This document shows, one piece after another, positions 20,016-30,475 of a stretch of 64,000 nt of DNA. The position numbers were made by a program, and so were the translations under genes. The notes under the pieces were generated by a model, which saw nothing but the letters and a program-made list of their open reading frames with translations, made no database searches and was not told the origin of the DNA. Location of the stretch: positions 64,001 to 128,000 of the IMG/VR virus record IMGVR_UViG_3300010165_000001; one strand, written 5' to 3'. Each line of letters begins with the position of its first letter. The stretch's first letter is position 1. This DNA comes from a virus.

Positions 20016-21998
20016 CTACAATGTATTAATTCCTGTTATACGTTTTATTGATATATCACCTTTTTCATTAAATCTATTTACTTTTTTATCTGTAACACTT
20101 AAATTTTTAGACATTCCAGATACAGCCTCTATAGGATTATCATTAGATACAATAAAATAGCCCTCGAAAGCATCGAATCCTGTTCTTGTAGAACTATTAC
20201 TTAAGTTAAAGTCTCTTATATAATAGTATTCAGAGAAATCAGGAGAAACTCTAACTCTTCTAGTAGCAAGATGTCCTGCTGCATTTGTATAATAAGTTAC
20301 ATCTAAAAACTCATAATTGTGTATACTATCAGATAATTTAACTTTAGCTCCTATTTCTCCTAAGTCTAGGGTACCATCCCACAAGTATGTTGCTTGTTCT
20401 GTCTTTCTTAAAGGAGACCACCCTTCTTGACTGTCTGCTTCACTGAATCTATTATCATCGTAATACAAATTATAGTTTAACCCATCGTAATCTGTAAATT
20501 GTGCATTAATAAACTTACGACCTGATTTTGTATCTCCATTATCATTATCTACTTGAACTGTTCCTCTTACAGAATTACCTTTTGGAGTCCCTTCTATACC
20601 ACCTTGAGCGTAAAAAGTATGGAAACCTTGAGGTAGTGTTTGTATTAAATCTTGTAAAGTCATATTTCCTACTTCGTTCTTCCAAAACGTATATTTGAAA
20701 TAGTTATCATTGTTAATATCTGTTGGGTAGTTATTTAATATAGATTGTTCATCAGGGTTTTCTAACCAATTTGTATAGATTTCATCAAATTGTTTCTTAT
20801 CATCTACATGTGTAATAAATGGGGTAACTTTATCTCCCTTTTCCAATTTAGGTAGTGCGAAATAAGCTGTCCAACTGTTTGATGGGGCTGTTCTAGTTAA
20901 ATTCCCTCTTAAGTTACCTGTAATGTACTTAACTCCTGAAGGAACTGTTTGTGTATTGGTTATTCTTACCCACTCACCTGGTTTAATTATTTCTATAGCA
21001 TTAGTTCCATTAACCGTTGTAGCACTACCTATTTGATTATTTATGTCTGAATTTATACTATCATATTTAGCAATTTGTATATAAACCCAGTTATCTTTCA
21101 TAGCATCTACATTATCAACCATAACGTAAGAAGAGAACGTAATTTCGTCTCCCACTTTAACATCTTTACCTACTTCTAAATAATTACTTCTTATTAATGG
21201 ATGATTATATGAAGTAGTATCCGAAATACCTACTGTTTTTTGACCTTGAAATTTAACTCCTGTATCAAAATCTATACCTCTTGATACACCAATTATTTGA
21301 GAGCTCCAAGCTTTATCTACTGTTTCTTCTGTGTACCTCTGAGGTATTTTTGTAAATAAAGCATCTTTAATTAAGTTAGGGTTTTGTACTTCCCTAGCTC
21401 TTTTTTGCATTTTTGTATATGTTGTAGTAGAATTAACAGGATTGAATGTTGTGATACTTGTATTACCATTCTCATGAACTTTTGTCTCTAACCATCCTTC
21501 ATTCATTTCAGGTTTTGGAGGGTCTACTAAGTTCTTAACATATATTGTTTTACTATTATTTAATTCTCTAATATCTATATCTTCTTGTGTAGTATATTGA
21601 CCTTGTTCATTGGTAAATTTATATTTTTGCCAATTATTTGTTTCTTCGTCCAATACAAACTTTTTCCAATCAGATAGTACTCCATTACGGTAGGTTCTTA
21701 AATATAAGTTTTCATTATTATAAGGATTAAAATATATTTTGTAGGAGTTATTATTTCTCTTTTCAAAGAAAACAAAACCATTCCAATTTGAATCTTTAGG
21801 TTGGTTTTTAGAGGTTGTTACATAATAATTTCCTGTTACATTTATATATTTTAAAATATCTTCAAAGTCAGGAGAATCTACGGTCTCTACATCTTCTTTA
21901 GTTAGTTCATTCTTTAGGTATTCTCCTACCTTATTTACTTCCTTAGTCATATCAGATAAATATTGCTTTTCAGTTAAGCTATTAAATTCAAATGCCAT
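20016..21998 (-). CDS. Receptor-binding/tail fibre protein (paralogue 2)
   Basis: 660 aa. It shares N-terminal and C-terminal blocks with the 18203 protein (MAFEFNSLTE.., HTFYAQGGIEGTPKGN.., YLWDGTL.., ..KRITGINTL). Confidence 0.55.
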   Translation of the reverse strand: MAFEFNSLTEKQYLSDMTKEVNKVGEYLKNELTKEDVETVDSPDFEDILKYINVTGNYYVTTSKNQPKDSNWNGFVFFEKRNNNSYKIYFNPYNNENLYLRTYRNGVLSDWKKFVLDEETNNWQKYKFTNEQGQYTTQEDIDIRELNNSKTIYVKNLVDPPKPEMNEGWLETKVHENGNTSITTFNPVNSTTTYTKMQKRAREVQNPNLIKDALFTKIPQRYTEETVDKAWSSQIIGVSRGIDFDTGVKFQGQKTVGISDTTSYNHPLIRSNYLEVGKDVKVGDEITFSSYVMVDNVDAMKDNWVYIQIAKYDSINSDINNQIGSATTVNGTNAIEIIKPGEWVRITNTQTVPSGVKYITGNLRGNLTRTAPSNSWTAYFALPKLEKGDKVTPFITHVDDKKQFDEIYTNWLENPDEQSILNNYPTDINNDNYFKYTFWKNEVGNMTLQDLIQTLPQGFHTFYAQGGIEGTPKGNSVRGTVQVDNDNGDTKSGRKFINAQFTDYDGLNYNLYYDDNRFSEADSQEGWSPLRKTEQATYLWDGTLDLGEIGAKVKLSDSIHNYEFLDVTYYTNAAGHLATRRVRVSPDFSEYYYIRDFNLSNSSTRTGFDAFEGYFIVSNDNPIEAVSGMSKNLSVTDKKVNRFNEKGDISIKRITGINTL

Positions 21999-22001
21999 AT
22001 T

Positions 22002-22172
22002 CTATTTACCTTCTCTCAATTTGTTTAATTCTTTCATATATTCTTCTTTTATTTTTTTAACTTCGTCTAGTTCACTTCTCAAATCTTCTTTAAGCTTTTT
22101 TGTTGTTCTTTCTTCTCGTGTAGGTACAAATAATAATGCACCTGAATAATAATCTCTTTTTTCTGTAGGCAT
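22002..22172 (-). CDS. Small hypothetical protein (56 aa) not in the ORF track
   Basis: My translation is GAGGTGAAAGAA-ATG then MPTEKRDYYSGALLFVPTREERTTKKLKEDLRSELDEVKKIKEEYMKELNKLREGK*. It has a strong Shine-Dalgarno sequence and fills an otherwise empty 230-nt gap. It falls below the 60-aa track cutoff. Confidence 0.5.
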   Translation of the reverse strand: MPTEKRDYYSGALLFVPTREERTTKKLKEDLRSELDEVKKIKEEYMKELNKLREGK

Positions 22173-22200
22173 TTCTTTCACCTCTTAAGTATTTTTTGTA

Positions 22201-22229
22201 TGTAAGAAAAAGGGCTTGATAGCCCTTTT
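22201..22229 (-). terminator. Rho-independent terminator after the 1165-aa tail protein gene
   Basis: The stem aaaagggc/gccctttt (22208-22215 / 22222-22229) is followed on the minus strand by TTTTTCTT. Confidence 0.6.
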
Positions 22230-22230
22230 A

Positions 22231-25200
22231 TTATTCTTCTCTCATCGTACACATAAGTCTTCTAATTCTTGGTCTTAAGAAGCTATTTTGTGTTTCTAAA
22301 TCTAAACGAACTTTAAAGTTATCATATGTTCCACTAGATTTAACTTTTTCTTCTATAACATATCTATAGAATTCTGTGTTTGCTCTTCTAACATCTGGTG
22401 TCTCAGTGAACGTTTTCCATGTAGAACCATTATCTGTAGAATATTTAGGTGTTACTTTTGTTCCTTGTGGTAAGAAAGCTTCATAACTTATTCTAATAGT
22501 GTTGTATGGTGCTTCTGACATGTCGATTGCTCTACCTACATAACTACCTGTTAATTCAGTTAAGAATGTAGTAAATGTTAAGTCACTTGAGCTTAGTAAT
22601 GGGGAAATATATCTATTAGATTTAAATGTAGCTCTAAGTTTAATCTGTCTAGCTTTTGCCCCTAAGTCAATATCTTGATAGTTACCAATTGGTTGCCAAG
22701 TAAGCATATCGAACGTTACACCTTCATCCATGTCTTCAAAAATAATCTTAGCTTCCCAGAAACAACCTGTATTTTCTGGAGTTAGATAAGAAGACATAAG
22801 CACTACTCTATCTGCTTCTACATTCTCAATAGGGTCAAATTCTATAGTACCGTTTTCTTCATATCTAGAAGTATATACGCCAAATTTCATATCAGAGTTT
22901 TGGTGAACAGACCATGTACTTGCGTTGGATGAACTGAATAGTACACCTTCTAAATAAGGGTTACCAGATATTGTTTCTTTAGGTTTATCTATTTTCGGTT
23001 GTGTTCTTGTCCCTATCCACATAGTATAATCATCATTCTCTGTAATAACTACAATTGCATACTCTTTACCTGCTTGAGCCATCATTGGGTCATCAAAGTA
23101 AACTCTTGTTTCTGCACTTGCATCATTAGAGATTTTAATGTCGTCAGCATTTAATACTGTTTCAGCACAAATTACTTTTGTTGGGAAACCTTGGTCTCCC
23201 ATTTCACGAATTTGAATTGTTACGTTAGAATTCTTATCCCCTTTACTAGCAAAGTATAATCCTAGAGAACTTATCGTTCTATTATCTAAGAATTGGAATG
23301 ATTGTGCTAGTGGGTCTACTAAGTTAATCGTAACTCGTGTACGAATAATAACATCTTGTACTGTTTTCTTACGTCCATGTGCTGAGTATGAAGTAGAAGC
23401 TACAGATTCATCGTTTCTTATTGTAACCTCTCTTGTACCACAACGTACACCTGCTGGAATTGTAAAGTGACCTTCAGCTCTTCCTTTAGCATTTGTTCTA
23501 ATTGTACCAGATTCAGAACCTTTTGTGAACCCTCTATCTGTATGTGGAACAATAGGACAACGAATTCCATCGAACAGTACGTATAAGTTATCAGCATTAG
23601 GATGTAATCCTGTAACTGTAAAATTAATATCTCTTACACGAATAAATTCAATAGCTTCTTCTAGTGTTCTAGTTCCACCTGCTTCAAGCATTGTACCAGT
23701 ACGACCATATTTAGTATCATATCTGTAAGCAGCACCTGCTGTTCGTCCTTGATTACCCCATGATTGCCCTGCATCTAATTTAATATTATTAAATGCTGCT
23801 TGTTCATTAGAACCGAACCTGTTAGGGTCATCTAAGTGTCTCCACCAACGATTAACGGTCATTGTTTTTGTTTTTTGGTCTGTAACTGTAATACGTTCCT
23901 CATCAATCCAGTTATCCTCACTTGGTGTAATTCGTAATACGCCTTGTTTATTTGGAATGTTATAAGGGTTAACGTTCATTGTTTCACTTGCTTGTGATTG
24001 GAAAAGTGCCCTCTCTTCTGTAAATGGAGCAGAAACTAATCTTCCCCATATATGAGCATTTGTTTTGTTCTTGTCAATACTAGGTTCATTAACTGCTGTA
24101 GTAAACTGTAATGTAGCCTCAGCATCTTCAAAACTAAAGGATACACCAAAATTAGAGTTAGTGATGTCTGCTTTATCAAGACTAATAAAACCTTCTGAAA
24201 AAACAGAACGTAGTGTAAGAGGGTCTTGCCCTTCCATTGCATCTTGGTCTAAAGCATTAACAGCTTGGTTATATTCTACGTTTTCTAGTCTTGTTTTAAG
24301 TTTCTGTAATTCAGACATTGATAAACGTTTAACAGAATCTTCTTCACAATAAGCTTCATCTGAATTAGGTAATACAGTTACGATACCTAATTTTAAGTTT
24401 AATGGGTCTGTTTGTTGTGGTGCAACTGCCATTCTTAGAATATCAGGTTCACCTTCAAGTCTAGTAATATCCCCATATTTATTTAACATAAGAACATCTT
24501 TACGTGCTAAGTAGTAAGTATAGTCTACTAAAATAACGGATTGGTCAATTGGTTTAACACCATTTAGATTGAAGTCTAAGTATGTTCTTTCTAATACACC
24601 TTCACCTTCATTTACATTGACTACTTTGTAATCTGTTCCTTCACGCATAGTTCTTGTGTATTTATATGATACATAGTAACTTGTACCACCTTGAGGTTCT
24701 TGACCTTGAGGAGACCAATTAATTTCTTGTCCATTGGTTAACACATAATCTTGACCTTGTTTATATTCTTTAAGTGTATTACCTGGGCTTGATTCTGTCC
24801 ATACTTTTACAACTTCAAAAGCTGTGTTGTTTTTTAGGTAGTCTGCACTATCTCCTGCACTTGCTCTACCTACTTCTTCTTTAGTAACTAACACTTGACC
24901 AGATACTCTATCTACTGATTTAACAGGTGCATTTGCTAGAGTGATTTTATTGTCAGATTTATTAAATACTGTAGATTCATTTGTACCTTTTTTCGTTGCT
25001 GTAGACTTTGGTACAGATATTCGAGTTGAGGTTGGTTTATCTACTTTAAAACCTTCTACATAAGCTTTACCTGCATCAATAACTACAGGTACAGTATCTT
25101 TACCTTTATCTTCTGGTCTTTCCTCAGAGAAGATATTAAATCCTTCTACTTTATACGAACCTGATTCGTCATATGTTCTTTCAGCTAGTATAGTATGGAA

Positions 25201-25728
25201 CTTCTCGGCTTCAGGGTTAAGTGAACGAATATATAATTTTCCATCTTGGAAAACATGTATTGGTGCTGAAGTAGGGTCATTTAGTGCTATTGATAATTTT
25301 TCTTCGAGCCTATCAGCACCTCTAGAGAAGTAACTAGGTACACCATTTGTTTGGTCTAATAAACTAGAATCTTCATCAGGTGTTATAATTGTTTGTGTTA
25401 ATTTCAATCCTATTGTCTCTTTACCTACACCTGATAATTGAATAGAATCATCACCATCATAGTAACGAATTCTTCCTCCTATATATACATAACCTGGGTT
25501 TAAGGTTAGGACATTATCTTGTGTTAATGTAAAGTTTAATCCTGATTGAATATCTCCGTCTTTGAAGATTGAATCTCCAAAATTCTTTTGGTAATATTCT
25601 ATGATAGATTGCATTTCATTTAATTCAGCTTGTTGTAATGGTCTATCAGGATTAAACAATAACTTGACCCTATCTTTTCTAGGGTCAAATCTATCATTAT
25701 AAGGAGAAGTCCTTAAATTAATTGCCAT
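22231..25728 (-). CDS. Large tail fibre/baseplate (adsorption-associated) structural protein
   Basis: 1165 aa. Size and position correspond to the ~1152-aa adsorption-associated tail protein I recall in phage K. No catalytic motif recognised. Confidence 0.6.
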   Translation of the reverse strand: MAINLRTSPYNDRFDPRKDRVKLLFNPDRPLQQAELNEMQSIIEYYQKNFGDSIFKDGDIQSGLNFTLTQDNVLTLNPGYVYIGGRIRYYDGDDSIQLSGVGKETIGLKLTQTIITPDEDSSLLDQTNGVPSYFSRGADRLEEKLSIALNDPTSAPIHVFQDGKLYIRSLNPEAEKFHTILAERTYDESGSYKVEGFNIFSEERPEDKGKDTVPVVIDAGKAYVEGFKVDKPTSTRISVPKSTATKKGTNESTVFNKSDNKITLANAPVKSVDRVSGQVLVTKEEVGRASAGDSADYLKNNTAFEVVKVWTESSPGNTLKEYKQGQDYVLTNGQEINWSPQGQEPQGGTSYYVSYKYTRTMREGTDYKVVNVNEGEGVLERTYLDFNLNGVKPIDQSVILVDYTYYLARKDVLMLNKYGDITRLEGEPDILRMAVAPQQTDPLNLKLGIVTVLPNSDEAYCEEDSVKRLSMSELQKLKTRLENVEYNQAVNALDQDAMEGQDPLTLRSVFSEGFISLDKADITNSNFGVSFSFEDAEATLQFTTAVNEPSIDKNKTNAHIWGRLVSAPFTEERALFQSQASETMNVNPYNIPNKQGVLRITPSEDNWIDEERITVTDQKTKTMTVNRWWRHLDDPNRFGSNEQAAFNNIKLDAGQSWGNQGRTAGAAYRYDTKYGRTGTMLEAGGTRTLEEAIEFIRVRDINFTVTGLHPNADNLYVLFDGIRCPIVPHTDRGFTKGSESGTIRTNAKGRAEGHFTIPAGVRCGTREVTIRNDESVASTSYSAHGRKKTVQDVIIRTRVTINLVDPLAQSFQFLDNRTISSLGLYFASKGDKNSNVTIQIREMGDQGFPTKVICAETVLNADDIKISNDASAETRVYFDDPMMAQAGKEYAIVVITENDDYTMWIGTRTQPKIDKPKETISGNPYLEGVLFSSSNASTWSVHQNSDMKFGVYTSRYEENGTIEFDPIENVEADRVVLMSSYLTPENTGCFWEAKIIFEDMDEGVTFDMLTWQPIGNYQDIDLGAKARQIKLRATFKSNRYISPLLSSSDLTFTTFLTELTGSYVGRAIDMSEAPYNTIRISYEAFLPQGTKVTPKYSTDNGSTWKTFTETPDVRRANTEFYRYVIEEKVKSSGTYDNFKVRLDLETQNSFLRPRIRRLMCTMREE

Positions 25729-25746
25729 TCATTTTCTCTCCTTTTA

Positions 25747-26265
25747 TTAAAATTCTACAACCATTCGCTCTGTTGTAGTTACTTGTTCAGTTCTGTTTTG
25801 GAATTGTTTGTTATCATAGAACATTAAAGTACCTTGTGAATTTAACTCACTAGGCAATAATGCCTGTTTACCGATACCTGTTTTAGGTTCTACATCGATT
25901 GCGATTCCTGCTTGTCTATGTGTACCTGTAGGTAGTTCATCTCCAACTACTTTACTTTCAAAGTACACCCATTTAGCTCCTTCTGCTATAGCTTCTCCCT
26001 CACCAATCACTGTCCATGATTTGTTTCCGTAAGATATAATTTCTCTGTTTGAATCACTGTCTTTAGTTGGTCTAACTAATACAGCTTTTGTTACTTTCTT
26101 ATATCCGATTATATCATCTAATTTTGTTGTTCTTTCAGTAGGCTCAGGTGGTGCTTGTTCATTTGACCAAGGTGTTGGTCTACCGATTACTAAGTAAGTT
26201 GTATTAATCTTACTTATGATAAACTTAGCTAGTTCTACCCTAGCATTATAGGTTGTAATTGCCAT
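25747..26265 (-). CDS. Baseplate/fibre-associated structural protein (172 aa)
   Basis: Size and position match a 173-aa gene I recall in the phage K baseplate module. Confidence 0.5.
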   Translation of the reverse strand: MAITTYNARVELAKFIISKINTTYLVIGRPTPWSNEQAPPEPTERTTKLDDIIGYKKVTKAVLVRPTKDSDSNREIISYGNKSWTVIGEGEAIAEGAKWVYFESKVVGDELPTGTHRQAGIAIDVEPKTGIGKQALLPSELNSQGTLMFYDNKQFQNRTEQVTTTERMVVEF

Positions 26266-26339
26266 TTTGTTATTTCCCTTCTTTATAAGTTTTCTATCTG
26301 TTCTAATATAATATTATTATATCATATTATTGTGTTTTT

Positions 26340-29300
26340 TTAAAGTTCAATTATATCTAAACTATAAATTGTGCTTTCATTACCATCATAAGGTCTGACA
26401 TTTAATATTATAGTTTCATTTAGTCTAGGTTTATCACTTGTTTCATCTCTTGCTATAATTTCTCTTGTACCTACACCATTAATAACCTGTTCTGGATAAA
26501 TAAATGTTTCATTAAAGTTAGTATTCGAATTATATACAGAGATAAATACATTATCTTTGAAATCACCTTCAACAATAACTCTATATCTCTTACCTGTTTC
26601 TATAGGTTTAATTAAAGGATATTCAGCAAATTGTGATTGTGTTACTTTCTTCTCTTTATAACTATCTCTAATAATTAAGTCTCTTGTAGTTGTTTCTGTA
26701 GTAACTTGAGGTACATGAGTAATATTTATCTCTTTTGTACTTAGTTTTGTATCTGCTAATTCACCTAATGTTAAGTTAGAGTCTAATGTAAGTGATTGTT
26801 TATATACTGAAGGTACTAATGTTTTTATATCTACATCTGTATAGGTATTAATACTTTGTTTAGGTATCTTTATAACATCTCCTGTAGAGTTATCTATAGT
26901 TCCGTTTGCTACATCTTTTAATACTTTAGGTGTTGGGTTTTTATGCTCAGAGTAAATATCTACTTCTTGCCATAACGCATTAAAGAACCCATTAGGTAAG
27001 TCTACAATATTACCTATATCTTCCATCAATTTAGTTATTGTGAAATCTAAGAATGGTCTTATGATTACTTGACTAAATGGATTTAATGTTTGGTATGTTA
27101 AGTTCTTAATACCATACAAGTCAATTGTATCATTTTCTACGTGTGTTTCTCCTACTGGTAATGTAGTAAACTTCTTCATATTAAGGAAATCATTTCCATA
27201 TACTCCGTATTGTAAATTAACATTATTTAAGTCTGTTGTAGTTCTTAAACCTATAGATTGTATATCATTGTAGACCCCTGTGAACCTGATTGTCTTATCT
27301 AGAAATGACACCATATCTTCTGGGGAAGTGTTATAAGGTGTTGCTTTAGTTTCGTATTGTAATACAGTTTTACTAGGTTTTATATTACCTTCTATATCTT
27401 TAGCTATAATGTCTACATATTTATTGGGGTCATTAGCTCCATATATATCTTCAGGGTTAGGTTGGTAGGGTGTTGCCTTATTACCTAACTCCATTTTAAC
27501 ATCTTTCATTTCAAAGTCAAGGTCTTCGCTACCATTTGGTCTAAACTGTATGTGGGGCGAGCCTCCTGTATAAGAATATCCCTCTGCTTTAAAATAAACA
27601 GTTTCGTTTTCGTTATAATAAAAGTTATTACCGTCTTGTGAATAAAATCCATTCAGTGTTATCTTTAAAGGTTTTTTTGTCTTTAACTTAAATGATATAG
27701 ATATTTCTTCTAACATATAGCTAAATATTTCATTTAATTCATAAAAGGCTTTAACATCCCAGTCACCACCAGTAAGTTTTACTCGTGTATACCCATTAGA
27801 ACTCTTCTCTATCGTTTTTGTAGCTCCTCGAAAAGTGTTTATATGGTTATCTATATCTTGTGAGTTAAAAACTAAGTTTCTGTTAATACTATTATCATAC
27901 CCATCTGTTAACCTTAAATATTGCGTAGGTTGATAACCAGATTTAGTAATAATATCTCCATTATCTAATTCTATATCTTTTATAGCATCTAACTCTGCTA
28001 AGTAATCTGTTTCTTGATGGTTTTCTATTAATCCTTTAAATGGTTTTATTGTATAAACATCTTTTTCATATCTTCTAAATGTTAAATCAAAGTAACCTAT
28101 CCTTAATTCTGTATCTTCTTTAACAGGCTCAACTTCTAACTTAATAAATATAGTTAAGTTATCATTTAAATAATCTACTAAGTTACCTATTTTATTACCT
28201 ATATTTTTTTCTGTTAAAGTTAAAGTTTCCCTAGATACTATAACCCAAGAGTAAGACTCAAAATCGTAGATACAAAGTTTTACAGATACAGGATTTGAAG
28301 GTGAAACCATGGCTTGTATATCTAAGTCTAAACTAACTTCCCCAAAATAATTACTAACATAGTTAGTTAGTTCTCGTTCACTCATCCCTAAATTAGAAAC
28401 AACAATACCTTTTCTTCTTAAATATTCTATTGTATCTAAGTTAAAATGTATATTTGTTCGTTTATTATTTCCTTTAAGTACCAACTCTGGTTTTATATTA
28501 TCCCTAACTGATGTTTCTGTATAAAAGTCTTTAGCTAATTCTTCTCCTATGGCTTGGTTAAACATAGTAGATATTGTTGTGACGTAATCTTCCTTTGTTG
28601 GCTCATATTTACGTTGTGTTTGATAAGCGTAGTTATAAAATTCCCTACCAACCGTAGCAGAACCTGACAAAACGTCTAAACTATTAATTAAACTATTATT
28701 TGTTTTAAAAACATCTGTAATATCTTTAACTTTAGCTATACCTAAATTTAAATGCCCGTATAAAATTCTCCCATATCCTCTAAATATATCTACATCTTGG
28801 TATGTTGTTACTTTAGGATAACCTTTATAAAACACAGGTGTAATTATTTTATCTTCACCTAAGTCATAACTGCCATCATACGTAAAGTAAACTTTAACTC
28901 CAGCAGGTTTAAACTTGTTAATTTCATCAATAATTTCTAAAGGGAATGATTTACCGATTGTAATATCTATAACCGCAAACCTATAATAGTTACCCATTAA
29001 GTGGTCTTCACCATTTAAATGAGATTTATTTGTATAGAATATATTTTTAAAAGGCTCATATATATCTACATAAACATCTTCATCCTCTAAAAACCTTTTA
29101 ATAGCTCCTATAATAGAATTGTTTGTTCCTCTTTTTAAAAGTACATACTCAATAATTCTATCTCTATAAGTATCATCAAGTTCATTTTTCTTTCTAACTA
29201 ATCCGTACCAATCTCCATAAATATCTAAGTACTTTCCTGTAGCAGTACCTAAACTAGATTGTATTTTACTATCAATCGTTTCTTGTTCTAAATTATCTAA

Positions 29301-29405
29301 CTCTTCACTAAACATATTAATAATTGCATAGTGAGGGTCTTTATTGTCTTTTGGGTTTTTCTTACGTTTTAATAAAGGATGTAAGTTTTTTAAAAAGTTA
29401 CTCAA
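26340..29405 (-). CDS. Large baseplate structural protein (1021 aa)
   Basis: Size and position match the ~1019-aa baseplate morphogenetic protein I recall in phage K. Confidence 0.6.
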   Translation of the reverse strand: MSNFLKNLHPLLKRKKNPKDNKDPHYAIINMFSEELDNLEQETIDSKIQSSLGTATGKYLDIYGDWYGLVRKKNELDDTYRDRIIEYVLLKRGTNNSIIGAIKRFLEDEDVYVDIYEPFKNIFYTNKSHLNGEDHLMGNYYRFAVIDITIGKSFPLEIIDEINKFKPAGVKVYFTYDGSYDLGEDKIITPVFYKGYPKVTTYQDVDIFRGYGRILYGHLNLGIAKVKDITDVFKTNNSLINSLDVLSGSATVGREFYNYAYQTQRKYEPTKEDYVTTISTMFNQAIGEELAKDFYTETSVRDNIKPELVLKGNNKRTNIHFNLDTIEYLRRKGIVVSNLGMSERELTNYVSNYFGEVSLDLDIQAMVSPSNPVSVKLCIYDFESYSWVIVSRETLTLTEKNIGNKIGNLVDYLNDNLTIFIKLEVEPVKEDTELRIGYFDLTFRRYEKDVYTIKPFKGLIENHQETDYLAELDAIKDIELDNGDIITKSGYQPTQYLRLTDGYDNSINRNLVFNSQDIDNHINTFRGATKTIEKSSNGYTRVKLTGGDWDVKAFYELNEIFSYMLEEISISFKLKTKKPLKITLNGFYSQDGNNFYYNENETVYFKAEGYSYTGGSPHIQFRPNGSEDLDFEMKDVKMELGNKATPYQPNPEDIYGANDPNKYVDIIAKDIEGNIKPSKTVLQYETKATPYNTSPEDMVSFLDKTIRFTGVYNDIQSIGLRTTTDLNNVNLQYGVYGNDFLNMKKFTTLPVGETHVENDTIDLYGIKNLTYQTLNPFSQVIIRPFLDFTITKLMEDIGNIVDLPNGFFNALWQEVDIYSEHKNPTPKVLKDVANGTIDNSTGDVIKIPKQSINTYTDVDIKTLVPSVYKQSLTLDSNLTLGELADTKLSTKEINITHVPQVTTETTTRDLIIRDSYKEKKVTQSQFAEYPLIKPIETGKRYRVIVEGDFKDNVFISVYNSNTNFNETFIYPEQVINGVGTREIIARDETSDKPRLNETIILNVRPYDGNESTIYSLDIIEL

Positions 29406-29419
29406 GGTTAACCTCCTTT

Positions 29420-30466
29420 CTATTTAAGAGTTACATTTATTTCACCTGAACGAATAATTTCGTGAGGCTCTGTTATAATATTCTCATGATTTATATTATA
29501 TGTCAAGTCATAAATGAGTGAATCATCTATATTCATAATGACTTGTGTTAAGTCTGCAAGTATTAAATCTTTATTTACTGTAAAATCGTTTAAATAGTTT
29601 CTAATGACATTCTCAATATGTTCTTTAAGTGTATCATTAATTCTTTGTTTGTTTGTGATTTCTACATCAACATTCACATCTACACTTATTTTGTCTACAG
29701 GTTGAACATCTAATTTAATACCACTTGGTCTATAGTCTTCTATATTTTCATATATTTCTTTAACCATGATATTGGATAGGTTACCATTACGGTCATGGGC
29801 GTAAACTAAAACTCTTCCTACTTGTTCATATACATATACGCCCTCAACATCTAGAACACTCAATACTCCATATTGAATAGCTTTGTTAGTAGCTCTTCCT
29901 CTAGATTCAATAAATAAATGGAATCTTTCTTTTAAATCTTCTAAACTTTCTAAATCTTGTCCTGTATTAAATGATGTTTCATTATCTACTTCTTTAATCA
30001 CTGAGCTTGCACTTGACATACTATCAATAGTATGTTCAGGTATATTTCCATAAGTTCCTGCTTCTAAACAATACACTTCAATTTCAGCTTCAGTTGAACC
30101 TTGCTCTATATAATAGTCTACAAGAGTTTCGTATTGCTGACTGAATTGATTATTGCTAGAGGTAAATATTGTTCCTCTTGGTATATAATATCTTTGTTCT
30201 AAAGGGTTATACATTCTTAAGGTAACATCACCATATGCTTTACGATTCTTTTTCCTTTCAAAATCAAAAGCTTCCGTTGTCCCTTCTGCAATACCCCACT
30301 CAATATTCTCTTTTGTTAAAATATAAAATTGCTCTATCTCTAAAGATACAGCTTCTAGTAATGAACGGATTGCTGAACCTGGTGAAAAATCTGTTACTCG
30401 GTCAGTTCCTATCATTACTTTATCTATCATACGTGTTAGTATTTCAGATAGCTTTCTCGTCTTCAT
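29420..30466 (-). CDS. Baseplate J-like protein (T4 gp6 / P2 gpJ family)
   Basis: 348 aa, the same length and position as the baseplate J gene I recall in phage K. It lies directly after a gp25-like gene. Confidence 0.6.
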   Translation of the reverse strand: MKTRKLSEILTRMIDKVMIGTDRVTDFSPGSAIRSLLEAVSLEIEQFYILTKENIEWGIAEGTTEAFDFERKKNRKAYGDVTLRMYNPLEQRYYIPRGTIFTSSNNQFSQQYETLVDYYIEQGSTEAEIEVYCLEAGTYGNIPEHTIDSMSSASSVIKEVDNETSFNTGQDLESLEDLKERFHLFIESRGRATNKAIQYGVLSVLDVEGVYVYEQVGRVLVYAHDRNGNLSNIMVKEIYENIEDYRPSGIKLDVQPVDKISVDVNVDVEITNKQRINDTLKEHIENVIRNYLNDFTVNKDLILADLTQVIMNIDDSLIYDLTYNINHENIITEPHEIIRSGEINVTLK

Positions 30467-30475
30467 ATTATCCCC

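Noticed and set aside
24036-24242. Minus-strand internal alternative-frame ORFs (24036..24242 inside the 1165-aa gene; 41250..41435 inside the 814-aa gene)
   Set aside because: They are fully nested in long, clearly coding frames. They are short, with no RBS or motif.
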